From: Candidatus Onthoplasma faecigallinarum
GTDB lineage: Bacteria; Bacillota; Clostridia; Christensenellales; UBA1242
Direction: 5' to 3'
Assembly: GCA_018715225.1 (NCBI GenBank)
Contig: DVMB01000044.1
Coordinates: forward strand, 1 to 45,545
DNA length: 45,545 bases
The notes under the pieces are model-generated. The model saw nothing but the letters and a program-made list of their open reading frames with translations, did no database searches and was not told where the DNA came from. Shown here piece by piece: positions 27,631 through 36,874 of this stretch (the first letter of the stretch is position 1; every line of letters starts with the position of its first letter). The position numbers and the translations under genes are program-made.

Positions 27631-27666
27631 GCAATTTTGAAAAAATTGCATTAGTGAACTTATAAT
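27631..27666 (+). promoter_or_regulatory. candidate promoter with overlapping perfect palindrome (operator candidate)
   Basis: The 19-nt palindrome gcaatttt-gaa-aaaattgc (27631..27649) overlaps the -35 TTGAAA (27637..27642). An 18-nt spacer leads to TATAAT (27661..27666). Confidence 0.45.
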
Positions 27667-27723
27667 CGGTCGCTCCTCTTTCCACTTCGTACCCTTTGGC
27701 CACTTGCGGGTGCTAGTGGTGGT

Positions 27724-28161
27724 ATGGTTTGGCTTCCTATGTATCTACCCGTTTTGATCGCTGGTTGTCTATTGGGTACATGGTGGGGGCTAGGCGTTGG
27801 AATATTGTCTCCTATCGTCAGTTTTTTGATCACGTCAGCGTGGGGTGCAAGCATGCCAGCATTGAGTCGTCTGCCTTTTATGATTGTAGAGTTGGCAGTA
27901 TTCGCATTGGTTGCGGGCTTGTTCTCTAAAAAAATTATTGAAAATAAATGGGTAGCATTCCCTGCAGTGCTTTTTGCTCAACTGGCTGGACGTTCTGCGT
28001 TCTTGCTGTTGGCAGCTATTTTCCAAAATGTTTCTGGGCTGTCAGTTGGACTTGTTTGGAGCCAAATTCAATCAGGCTTCATTGGGATAATCGCTCAGGC
28101 GGTAATTGTTCCAATCGTCATCATAGGGCTTAGATATCTTTTGAATAAAGAGAAAAAATAA
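27724..28161 (+). CDS. ECF-transporter S-component-like membrane protein (short)
   Basis: 145 aa, four to five TM helices. LPVLIAGCLLGTWWGLGVGILSPIVSFLI resembles the ECF_trnsprt core. The usual first TM helix appears to be missing. Confidence 0.5.
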   Translation: MVWLPMYLPVLIAGCLLGTWWGLGVGILSPIVSFLITSAWGASMPALSRLPFMIVELAVFALVAGLFSKKIIENKWVAFPAVLFAQLAGRSAFLLLAAIFQNVSGLSVGLVWSQIQSGFIGIIAQAVIVPIVIIGLRYLLNKEKK

Positions 28162-28583
28162 TGAAAGACATAACAAAAGCGAAGACAATTTTAGAATCTG
28201 GGAACACTTGTGTTTTGGTAAAAGGCGAGATGAGCTTTACATCAAAACGAAATGGAATTGTCCCTATGGTAAAATTTTTAAATGATGAAATCGATCTTGA
28301 GGGCTTTTCTGTCGCTGACAAGATAGTTGGCAAGGCGGTGGCAATGCTGTTCGTGTTAGCTAAGGTAAAAGAAGTGTATGCGGAAGTGCTGAGTAAAACA
28401 GAAATTAGTGTTTTAGAGGCTAACGGCATATCATATTCGTACAAGATTTTGACCGACAACATCATCAACAGGCAGGGAACGGGACTTTGCCCAATGGAAG
28501 AGACTGTTCAAGATATTTTTGATTGCAAGCAGGCGTATGAAAAGATAAAGGTTAAACTAGCTTCACTCAATATCAGTTTTTAA
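28161..28583 (+). CDS. DUF1893 (TM1506-like) family protein
   Basis: NGIVPMV...ADKIVGKAVAMLFVLAKVKEVYAEVLSK...INRQGTGLCPMEE matches my recollection of the DUF1893 pattern. Its start overlaps the upstream stop (ATAATG). Confidence 0.65.
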   Translation: MKDITKAKTILESGNTCVLVKGEMSFTSKRNGIVPMVKFLNDEIDLEGFSVADKIVGKAVAMLFVLAKVKEVYAEVLSKTEISVLEANGISYSYKILTDNIINRQGTGLCPMEETVQDIFDCKQAYEKIKVKLASLNISF

Positions 28584-28781
28584 ATAACACAATTAATTAC
28601 AATAAAAATAATTAGAGGGGCCTACATTTAGGTTGCTCTAGTTTTTTAGTTAAAGTTTGTTTTTTCTAGATTTTATATAATCGAGAATCTAAAAAAGCTA
28701 ACTATCAAAATAGATATAAGCAATAGTGTCTCAATAAAAAACACTATTGACAAATCTATAATATCATTATAAAATGAGACT

Positions 28782-29465
28782 ATGGAAAAAATGAAATTAA
28801 CTCAATATATTATAAACGAATATCTTGTGCCGAGAGGGCACTATTTTGGCGATAAAATCATCTTTGTTAATTGTTCAAATGAATTTTTGGAATTGGCTAA
28901 AGATGTGGCTCAAAAAGAAAATAAAGTCAAGGCATGTTTTGTAAAAATTGATGAAAAGACAATAAATTTATTTACTGAAATTCAGGCTCTCTTTCATGTC
29001 GATATTCAAAAAACTGTTATGACAAGGACGTTGCTGTCGCTTCTGGTGTTAAGGGAAGTGATGAAAAAATTTCAGTTAAAGGAATTTGGGGGATATGATA
29101 CAATCACTCTAGACGAAGTAAATGACGGAATAAAAAGTTTCCATAAAAAGAATATTGAAAAAATGAAAGTTTGCTATTTCAAGGCGCTTTTGCCGACTGA
29201 CTTAGATTGTATAACGGACAAATTTGGCAAAGGTTCATTTGAATTGAATTTCGTTTTGCCGGACGGAAATGACAATTTGATTCTACAAAAAAATATCAAT
29301 GATTATATTTATTCTCACAATCCATTTTGTGTCAAAGTTTTCACATCAAGAGATGGTCTGCCTGTGTACCTTGCGACAAACAATGAATCCATTGAACCAA
29401 TACATGATTTTAGGATCTTCAACTATGACGACTATGAAAAAATAGAAAAGACAGAAGGTATATAA
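28782..29465 (+). CDS. hypothetical protein
   Basis: 227-aa ORF preceded by TTGACA-17-TAAAAT (about 28748..28776). No motif recognised. Confidence 0.5.
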   Translation: MEKMKLTQYIINEYLVPRGHYFGDKIIFVNCSNEFLELAKDVAQKENKVKACFVKIDEKTINLFTEIQALFHVDIQKTVMTRTLLSLLVLREVMKKFQLKEFGGYDTITLDEVNDGIKSFHKKNIEKMKVCYFKALLPTDLDCITDKFGKGSFELNFVLPDGNDNLILQKNINDYIYSHNPFCVKVFTSRDGLPVYLATNNESIEPIHDFRIFNYDDYEKIEKTEGI

Positions 29466-29530
29466 ATAATTGTTTTGATTGTTTATATTTTTGCCACTGA
29501 CATAGAAGAAAGAGATTTGAGTATATAATT

Positions 29531-29561
29531 AAAAAACTCTATCAATACGATAGGTTTTTTT
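29531..29561. terminator. bidirectional terminator candidate
   Basis: An A-run, the short imperfect hairpin ctctatc-aatac-gatagg, then a T-run, between convergent genes. Confidence 0.4.
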
Positions 29562-29685
29562 ATTTAAAGGGCCTTTTTATGCGTGATGTTTAGTGAAATT
29601 TATAAGGTAATTTATTTGATAGTTAGTTGTTAATGTTCAATTATTTAGTTTTACTCTTTTGTTTGTGCTTTACATATTGTATAAA

Positions 29686-30729
29686 TCATACAACGATTAT
29701 AGTTATGGTTTTAACTATGCTTTCATCTAGGCTATACTTTATTGTCAATGTTACCTCGCCTGTTTCTTTACATACTATTGTAATAAATGGAGCACTGACG
29801 CTCGTTATCTCAACTAAGGTATTATCATCTACTTCCACCGTTATTCCTTGGTAGACATACTCTTCTTCTCGATTCGTTACTTCGTACTGAAGTTTGTAAC
29901 TCCTATCAGGGTCGTAGGATAAATTGACTATACCATTCTGCTCGTCCGCTATCTCTATTGCATATTCGGGTGGTTTCTCCCTTTCTTTTATTGTCAGTTC
30001 ATATATGTATGAATATCTAATATAGTCGTATGTCAAATTTATAGCCAATTCTACTGTGCCGGCAGTTTTTGGAGTAAATGTAGCATTTTCGTATACCAAC
30101 ATTATCTCGTCTTTCGATTCGATCTCTAGTCTAGCGTTTGATGTACTTATTTCAAATAGTTTATCTAGTGTATAAGTCGTATCTAGTTCTAACTCTGTAT
30201 TTAATTGAGTTATCCTGTCGTCAGTAGTGTCTACTATGTGAATTATGATTGTCTCGCTAAGTGTCTCGTCTTCACTCTTAGGGACAGAATACTTTAAATA
30301 ATAATACCCACTACCTTTGCCCACTATCTTGTTGTTAGAAAAGATTATATTATCTATATCACTGCCTGAGCGGGCGGTGAGAGTGTAAGATAGATTTTCA
30401 GTAGCGTCTGCTGGTTGAACGGATATAAATCCATCCAGTAGATACAATTCACAATTTTTACTGATAGTGACTTCTCTAGGGCAGTTTAGAGTGAGAGTCG
30501 AGGCGTACTCCACATCTTCGTCTGGCTCACTGGGGTCAGTAGGTTCGCTGGGTGGTGGATCGGTGTCTTCATCATCGGGCGTGGAGGGGTCAATAGTCGA
30601 ACTAGAGTCTGTGCTGGGCATTGAATTTATATTACTGCTTTCTTCATTCTGTGGATAAAAAATTAAAAATAGCATCAATACAACCATTATTGACACGCAG
30701 TAAAAAGAAAATACCCATTTTTTGTTCAC
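29686..30729 (-). CDS. membrane-anchored extracellular protein with acidic Pro/Ser/Thr-rich linker
   Basis: N-terminal TM (WVFSFYCVSIMVVLMLFLIFY), the linker SSTIDPSTPDDEDTDPPPSEPTDPSEPDED, then ~270 aa of beta-rich sequence. Confidence 0.6.
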   Translation of the reverse strand: MNKKWVFSFYCVSIMVVLMLFLIFYPQNEESSNINSMPSTDSSSTIDPSTPDDEDTDPPPSEPTDPSEPDEDVEYASTLTLNCPREVTISKNCELYLLDGFISVQPADATENLSYTLTARSGSDIDNIIFSNNKIVGKGSGYYYLKYSVPKSEDETLSETIIIHIVDTTDDRITQLNTELELDTTYTLDKLFEISTSNARLEIESKDEIMLVYENATFTPKTAGTVELAINLTYDYIRYSYIYELTIKEREKPPEYAIEIADEQNGIVNLSYDPDRSYKLQYEVTNREEEYVYQGITVEVDDNTLVEITSVSAPFITIVCKETGEVTLTIKYSLDESIVKTITIIVV

Positions 30730-30835
30730 AAAAAAATTTTATATAAATTTCCATATTTTTACAAATATTTTGTCGAATTTGATGGCGTGCACTAGCAATT
30801 TTCGTACAAAAACATAAAAATAATTAGCATTTTTG

Positions 30836-31840
30836 CTAATTATCCTTTTTTATATTGGTGATAATATTTAATTTATGTCTTTCTTTGTTGATATTTGAAA
30901 TATAGCCTTTTACCCTACTGTGCAATTTGTATATGTGATGTGTCGCAACATTTGCTCTGTCGCTGTTCTCTTTGGTTATAGCCATAGCAGACAAGCCGTT
31001 ATCCAGTTTAATTACTGCCCCTACTGGCAAAATTTTGACAACTTCGCCCTCGACTTCATCTCCAATATTTAGGTTATCAAAAAGTATATCCGTTGGGCTC
31101 TTTTGCAACTGTTTTAACCCAACACTTATTTTTGAATAATCTGTGTTGTGGTCCAAAATTTTAAACTCATACTCTGCGTTTTCATTTACTACTTGCTTCA
31201 AACTATCTAGGTGTGTATAACTGGCATCACTGATTGAAAGTTTTGCTCTGTCTCCGTTCTCTAACAATACAATAGCGTATTTGTCCTCCAGTCTTGTGAT
31301 TATACCTTTCAAGACTTGCCCCACTTCTACAGGAACAATTTTATTACAATCTAACAATTTTGTACTGCAAACAATAGATTTTTTTAGATTGTTCAATTCA
31401 ATGACGACTGCATTTATTTCCCTATTTAAAAGATTATCCTTGTTGACAAAGTCTTTTTCCGTACATTGAGAAAAAGGTAAAAATACCCTAAACCCCATAA
31501 AATCGCCAACCAGACCACTGCCATTTATCTCACTCACTTTGAAACTAAATTCGCTGCCAACTTTTAAGGTCTTTAATTTTTCTTTGTCCTCGAGTGCTTT
31601 GTTTACGCCCGAATGAGTAACCACTAGACAGCCCTTGTCGTCAATTTTGCCCGTTACCATAACCAATATAGCATCGCCTATCTTGAACGCTGGATCCAGT
31701 TCTTCTTTTGGAAACACACCCTCTTTTAGTCCGCCTATCGCTACGACAACTTCTTTTTGACCAATCATGACGATTGTGCCTGTGATTATATCTCCCCTGT
31801 TGTATTGAGTCATGCTGATGTCAAAATCTTTCATTTTCAT
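30836..31840 (-). CDS. S1 RNA-binding domain protein (ribosomal protein S1-like, four S1 repeats)
   Basis: Repeated G.I..G.V......gv.V.l pattern (GDIITGTIVMIGQKEVVVAIGG, GSEFSFKVSEINGSGLVGDF, GQVLKGIITRLEDKYAIVLL, GDEVEGEVVKILPVGAVIKL). It lies downstream of plsC, as in many Firmicutes. Confidence 0.75.
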   Translation of the reverse strand: MKMKDFDISMTQYNRGDIITGTIVMIGQKEVVVAIGGLKEGVFPKEELDPAFKIGDAILVMVTGKIDDKGCLVVTHSGVNKALEDKEKLKTLKVGSEFSFKVSEINGSGLVGDFMGFRVFLPFSQCTEKDFVNKDNLLNREINAVVIELNNLKKSIVCSTKLLDCNKIVPVEVGQVLKGIITRLEDKYAIVLLENGDRAKLSISDASYTHLDSLKQVVNENAEYEFKILDHNTDYSKISVGLKQLQKSPTDILFDNLNIGDEVEGEVVKILPVGAVIKLDNGLSAMAITKENSDRANVATHHIYKLHSRVKGYISNINKERHKLNIITNIKKDN

Positions 31841-32433
31841 TATTTTTGTTCTCCTTCTAGCAAATTGTTCATTTTATCAATAATTTCGTTGGCAAATTCA
31901 GTTACATAATTAGCATCTCTTTTCTTGCTTGGATCTGGATAAATCGGTTCGCCTATTAATAATTTCGTCCTTCTAAAAACCTTGATTTTCCTATCAAACA
32001 TCATAGGTAATACCGGCGTATTTGTCCTTATTGAAAACATTGCAACGCCCTCTTTTGCACTGCCATCTTCAATCCTAACTGTAGAGCGTGTTCCCTGTGG
32101 GAATATACAAATGCGTTTTTTCTTGCTTATCAACCTAAAGATCTCTTTCACTGCACGAGTGTCTGCACGAGTCCTATCTACAGGTACTGCCCCCAAACTA
32201 CGCATACAGGCAGAAGAAAATTTATTTTTAAACAACTCCTTTTTCGCCAAGAAAAAATGTTTTTTATTGAAGGTAATATCCATCATGACAGGGTCTAAAT
32301 TAGTAGTATGATTACATGCAACAATAAAATTTTTGTGTTTTAATTGTTTTAAATGTTTCTTGCCCACTTTTTTGATAGGAAAAAGTATCAAGCATGGAAT
32401 CATGATAATAGTAACTAAAATATAATAAAGCAT
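31840..32433 (-). CDS. plsC: 1-acyl-sn-glycerol-3-phosphate acyltransferase
   Basis: HX4D motif (CNHTTNLDP) and FPQGTRS block. 197 aa with an N-terminal TM. Confidence 0.85.
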   Translation of the reverse strand: MLYYILVTIIMIPCLILFPIKKVGKKHLKQLKHKNFIVACNHTTNLDPVMMDITFNKKHFFLAKKELFKNKFSSACMRSLGAVPVDRTRADTRAVKEIFRLISKKKRICIFPQGTRSTVRIEDGSAKEGVAMFSIRTNTPVLPMMFDRKIKVFRRTKLLIGEPIYPDPSKKRDANYVTEFANEIIDKMNNLLEGEQK

Positions 32434-32436
32434 AAA

Positions 32437-33660
32437 TTATCCTTTTAAGTGATTGGCTGCGAGATAGGCTGTAGACCAAGCGATTTGTAAATTGTATCCG
32501 CCAGTGAGAGCGTCGATATCCAGCACTTCGCCAATAAAATATAAATTTTCTACCAACTTGCTTTCGCAAGATTTTGAATTGATTTCTCTTACATCCACTC
32601 CACCAGATGTAATAATACCTACGTCAATATTATCTAATGATTTTATAGAAAAGTCAAATTTTTTTAATAAATTTATTATTTTGTCCCTCTCAAACCTATT
32701 TATATCTGCCATTTTTTTGCTTTCTACCCCGCAACGCATATAAAAATAGTCGACTAATTTATTGGGTAAAAGTGTGTGAAGGTAATTTTTGAAATCTTTT
32801 TTCGCAAATTCTATACATTCTCTTGTGAGTTTAATTTCCAATTGTTCTATCGTCAGTCCTGGTTTTAGATCAATAAATATTTTTGCATTTTTATAATTCA
32901 ATTTATTGATAAGGCTGGATAGACTTAAAACAATTGGTCCTGTCAGTGAATTGTATGTAAACATCATCTCGCCCTGAGAAGAGAATTTTTTACTACCAAT
33001 ATTTATATTCAATGACACATTTTTTAGGCTCAGTCCATTTAATTCCCTTATATCTTCATTCACAAGTATTGGACATAATGCACTTTTGCATTCTACGATT
33101 TTGTGTCCAAAATCTCTTGCTATCTTGTAGCCAAACCCAGTAGATCCAGTCCCTGGATACGAGAGTCCACCTGTAGCAACAATTACACTATCAGTTGTGT
33201 AGATATTATCATACTTATCATATATATTGAAATGTCCGTCTTGTTTAATGACTCGCACCACATCGGTATTTAATCTAACTTCTACTGCATATTTTTTCAT
33301 ACATCGCTCTAAGCACCTAATCACATCGCTAGATTTATCGCTAGACGGGAATACACGATTGCCACGCTCTGTTTTTATATCAAGTCCGTTATCTATAAAA
33401 AATTGCATCACATCTTGAGCGGAAAAAGCGTTTAGAGCCGAATACATAAACTTATTGTTGACAACTATGTTATTCAAATGGTTTTCTATGCTACTATTGT
33501 TCGTTAAGTTGCACCTACCCTTCCCTGTGATGAATAATTTCTTTCCCAACTTCTCGTTATGCTCCAAAACAAGTGTCTTGAGACCTCTTTGTGCCGAAAA
33601 AATGGAAGCCATCATACCTGATGCTCCGCCACCAATAATCACTACATCGTATTTTGCCAT
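32437..33660 (-). CDS. NAD(P)/FAD-dependent oxidoreductase, HI0933/BaiN-like flavoprotein
   Basis: [16 protein letters not shown] dinucleotide fold, [11 protein letters not shown] and C-terminal [26 protein letters not shown]-like motifs typical of the HI0933 family. Confidence 0.85.
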   Translation of the reverse strand: [407 protein letters not shown]

Positions 33661-33821
33661 ACTAATATGGTAACAAATTGTTTTAAATTTTCAAAATAAA
33701 TTTAGCATTTTGCAAAAATATGTACGATCTAATTGCTGCTATGTTTTTCATAATTATAATAGAAATTAATTTTAGCAAATATTTTTGTTAGAATATAAGA
33801 GTTAAATAAATTTAGTTATTA

Positions 33822-33850
33822 TTGACAAAATCGTCTATGTGTGATAAACT
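33822..33850 (+). promoter_or_regulatory. candidate sigma-A promoter of LRR paralogue 1
   Basis: TTGACA, a 17-nt spacer (ending atgtgtga), then TAAACT. Confidence 0.5.
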
Positions 33851-33872
33851 TTTTATTTTAAAAAGAGGTACC

Positions 33873-36806
33873 ATGCTTAACAAATTAAATAATAGACTAA
33901 ATCTAGTCATTGAAGGTAACACATTGACAGATGTTAAGAATAAATCTATCCAAGTTGTCAGTTTACCAAATACTATTAATACAATAAGTACAAAGGCTTT
34001 TTCGCTATGCGAATCTTTGACTGAGGTTTTCATACCAGAATCGGTTAGAGAAATTGATCGCTCTGCCTTTAGATTTTGTTTTTCTCTATCAAGTGTAGTT
34101 ATCCCAGATTCAGTTACAGAAATGGGAGACAGCATTTTTTATGGCTGTCGTTCTCTATCAAATATAAAATTGCCAAATTATATAACAGAAATTCCAAATT
34201 ACACTTTTTATAACTGCTCGTCTTTGATGGATGTAACGATCCCAAATTCTGTAGAGACTATTGGCGATTATGCTTTTGAAAATTGTAGTACTTTGTACAG
34301 TGTTGATTTCCATAGTTCGCTAAGGAAAATAGGTACTAAAGCATTCGCCAACTGCTATTCTTTAAAAGACATCACTCTACCAAATTCTCTTGAGACTATA
34401 GGTAATGAAGCGTTTTTAAACTGCTCCTCTTTAGAGACGGTTATCATACCTAAATCGGTTACGTCCATAGGCTTCAATGCATTTAGAGGTTGTCAGTCTT
34501 TAAAGACCATTATTATACCTAATTCGGTCAAAAAAATTGGCTTCGGAGCGTTCGCTGATTGCCCTTCCCTAACACAGATTATTTTACCTGATTCGCTTAC
34601 GCAAATAGAAGAAAACACTTTTGCCAACTGTCGTTCTTTGGAGTCTGTTTATATACCATCATCAATCGAAGATATCTCCAGTAGAGCGTTTAGAGATTGC
34701 ATAGCTTTGAAAGCAATTATTATCCCTGAATCTATATCTATCATCAATAGAGGCACTTTTGCCGGCTGTAAGTCTTTGACTGAAGTCAAACTACCTGAAG
34801 GCTTAAAATTCATTGATGCGGAAGCTTTCTCTGGATGTTCTAATCTTGCCAATATCAATATGCCAGATTCTGTTCAAAGCATTGGCATGATGGCATTCTA
34901 TGGCTGTCGTGGTCTAAAACATGTAACAATTCCTAATTCAGTTACAGAAATCAGCAACCGACTATTTGGCTATTGTAGAGCCCTACAATCTGTTACCCTG
35001 CCAGACTCAATTACAAGGATTGGTCCTGGAGCCTTTATGGCCTGTTCTGCTCTAAAAAAGATTGTTCTCCCCGCATCTGTTACAGAGATACAAGCCAGTG
35101 CTTTCACTGGGTGTGGTTCTTTGACTAGTATTGAAATTCTATCCCCTAATATTAAAATAGGCGAAGGTGCATTCGCAGGATGTAGATCGTTGACTAGCAT
35201 AAACAACATAAGAATTGAACACTCTAGCGATTCAATTTACTCACTGACCAGATTTCCAAAAGAATGTCTAGCACATGCTAGAATCAAAAAAGTTGGCAAT
35301 GATTTTAATCTAGATATCTCTAGAAACGAATTCGAAACTCCAGATGAGACTAAAAAGACCATTAAAAACCCTTATCTTCTCAACTATTACATGAGATTTT
35401 ATGACGATAAGAAAAAATGGGACTTTTTATCTAAAATTGACACCAACTTTGCAAAATATTTGTATTCTAAGGACATTTCTTTCTTTGATGATAATATACA
35501 AATTGATTATAACAAAATTTTTGATTACAATATAAAAAGTATAAACAATTTACTAAAATCAATCAATGATAGAGCCGCATCTGTCCATGAAAATATTACA
35601 AATGTAAACTTAGAAAATTTCTTCAAATTTTGTGAAAATTTGGGAGTGTTGAACAATACCTGCACCACTGTAAAAACCGTCTCCAAATCGGGTAATAAAA
35701 AAATTCAAGAGATCGACTACGCTCAAAAAACTAGAGAGTTTTTGAAGGACAAAATATTAAGTGGAGTTTTGCCTTTAGCTAGATTCAATGCGATGTTCGA
35801 AAATATGGAATTAAAGGGATTCAAACAAGGATTCACAGACTTTTTCCTAAATAAAAATAATTTCGACGAACTGATGATACATGAAAGACTCTATCCTGGT
35901 TTCATCGCTAAATGCTATAACGAATTTGAAGCCGTGCAAGCCGCCCACACTTCTCAGCGTGGAAGCCAAAGAAAACTAGCCCCTACGGTCGAATTTTTCT
36001 ATAAATATTTCTTAGTAAATAAATTTAATGGCATCACAGAAGAGACAAAAGCAATAGCCGCAACCATTTCCCCTTACTTCTCTTCTCAAGCTGATTTTGA
36101 CAACGCCGTCAACATAGACAACGAAAGAAAGATGAAAAAAATCGCAGACCATATAATAGGCGAAGAGATAAAGGAAGAGACAGTATTTGAAAAAGTGGAT
36201 AGTTTGATCCAACAAACCAAAGAAGTCGCAGTCGACACCACCGCTACCCTAGTAGATCTAGCCAGTAGAAAATTTACGTACGAATTTTTGAGTAAAAGTG
36301 ATCCAGCGAATTTCGTATTGGGGAAATTGTGTAATTGCTGTGCTCACCTCGAGGGTGTTGGAAACGGTATCATGTGTGCCAGCATCGTTCACCCTGATGT
36401 GCAAAACATTGTCATTAGAGACAAACATGACGTTATTGTAGCGAAATCTACATTGTATGTGAACCGAGAAGAAGGTTACGGCGTTTGCAACAATATAGAG
36501 GTAAATACTGATATAAGTGAAGAAGATAAAAAGTTGATATATCAAAAATTTAAAAAAGCGATTGAAACCTTTGCAAACAAATACAATAAAAAATATCCTA
36601 ATAAGCCAATAAGAATAATAACTGTGGGTATGCACTTAAATGATTTAGAAAATGAAATTACACAGCATGATAAACGCTCTCAAGTATTAAAAGCGATAGA
36701 TTATGGCGACTATGCATTCGTAGGCTCAGGATATAGTGGCGACAGCGATAAGGAACAATACACTTTATGGCAAAGCGAGGATGATACAAACAACAATAAC
36801 GTATAG
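33873..36806 (+). CDS. BspA-type leucine-rich-repeat protein with conserved unassigned C-terminal module (paralogue 1, 977 aa)
   Basis: 18 units of the 23-aa repeat IPxSVTxIGxxAFxxCxSLTxIV, then a ~510-aa module shared with the next three genes. The start was trimmed to MLNKLNNRLN (AGAGG RBS). There is no signal peptide. Confidence 0.85.
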   Translation: MLNKLNNRLNLVIEGNTLTDVKNKSIQVVSLPNTINTISTKAFSLCESLTEVFIPESVREIDRSAFRFCFSLSSVVIPDSVTEMGDSIFYGCRSLSNIKLPNYITEIPNYTFYNCSSLMDVTIPNSVETIGDYAFENCSTLYSVDFHSSLRKIGTKAFANCYSLKDITLPNSLETIGNEAFLNCSSLETVIIPKSVTSIGFNAFRGCQSLKTIIIPNSVKKIGFGAFADCPSLTQIILPDSLTQIEENTFANCRSLESVYIPSSIEDISSRAFRDCIALKAIIIPESISIINRGTFAGCKSLTEVKLPEGLKFIDAEAFSGCSNLANINMPDSVQSIGMMAFYGCRGLKHVTIPNSVTEISNRLFGYCRALQSVTLPDSITRIGPGAFMACSALKKIVLPASVTEIQASAFTGCGSLTSIEILSPNIKIGEGAFAGCRSLTSINNIRIEHSSDSIYSLTRFPKECLAHARIKKVGNDFNLDISRNEFETPDETKKTIKNPYLLNYYMRFYDDKKKWDFLSKIDTNFAKYLYSKDISFFDDNIQIDYNKIFDYNIKSINNLLKSINDRAASVHENITNVNLENFFKFCENLGVLNNTCTTVKTVSKSGNKKIQEIDYAQKTREFLKDKILSGVLPLARFNAMFENMELKGFKQGFTDFFLNKNNFDELMIHERLYPGFIAKCYNEFEAVQAAHTSQRGSQRKLAPTVEFFYKYFLVNKFNGITEETKAIAATISPYFSSQADFDNAVNIDNERKMKKIADHIIGEEIKEETVFEKVDSLIQQTKEVAVDTTATLVDLASRKFTYEFLSKSDPANFVLGKLCNCCAHLEGVGNGIMCASIVHPDVQNIVIRDKHDVIVAKSTLYVNREEGYGVCNNIEVNTDISEEDKKLIYQKFKKAIETFANKYNKKYPNKPIRIITVGMHLNDLENEITQHDKRSQVLKAIDYGDYAFVGSGYSGDSDKEQYTLWQSEDDTNNNNV
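33963..35204 (+). repeat. 69-nt-periodic LRR coding repeat array (18 units)
   Basis: Units counted directly in the translation. Confidence 0.8.
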
Positions 36807-36819
36807 CCTGACATCTACT

Positions 36820-36848
36820 TTGACAAATTCATTATGAAATAATATAAT
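36820..36848 (+). promoter_or_regulatory. candidate sigma-A promoter of LRR paralogue 2
   Basis: TTGACA, a 17-nt spacer, then TATAAT. Confidence 0.55.
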
Positions 36849-36874
36849 CGCATAAACTATTAAATGGAGAAAAT

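Noticed and set aside
27667-27723. Possible riboswitch in the leader of the ECF-S-like gene
   Set aside because: The leader is only ~55 nt. I could not find the conserved cores of the TPP, FMN, THF, preQ1, cobalamin or SAM classes.
27660-28468. Cluster of 60-112-aa ORFs in alternative frames over the ECF-S/DUF1893 pair (27660..27854, 27729..27929, 27835..28026, 27948..28133, 28130..28468)
   Set aside because: The locally higher GC leaves alternative frames open. The two chosen frames give a coherent multi-TM protein and a recognisable DUF1893 pattern.
33822-33872. N-terminal extensions of track ORFs from non-ATG or upstream starts (33822, 43024, 5774, 5322, 15527, 15851, 17975, 4960)
   Set aside because: In each case a downstream ATG has a proper Shine-Dalgarno. 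The extension overlaps a promoter, a terminator or a structured leader, and adds no conserved sequence.
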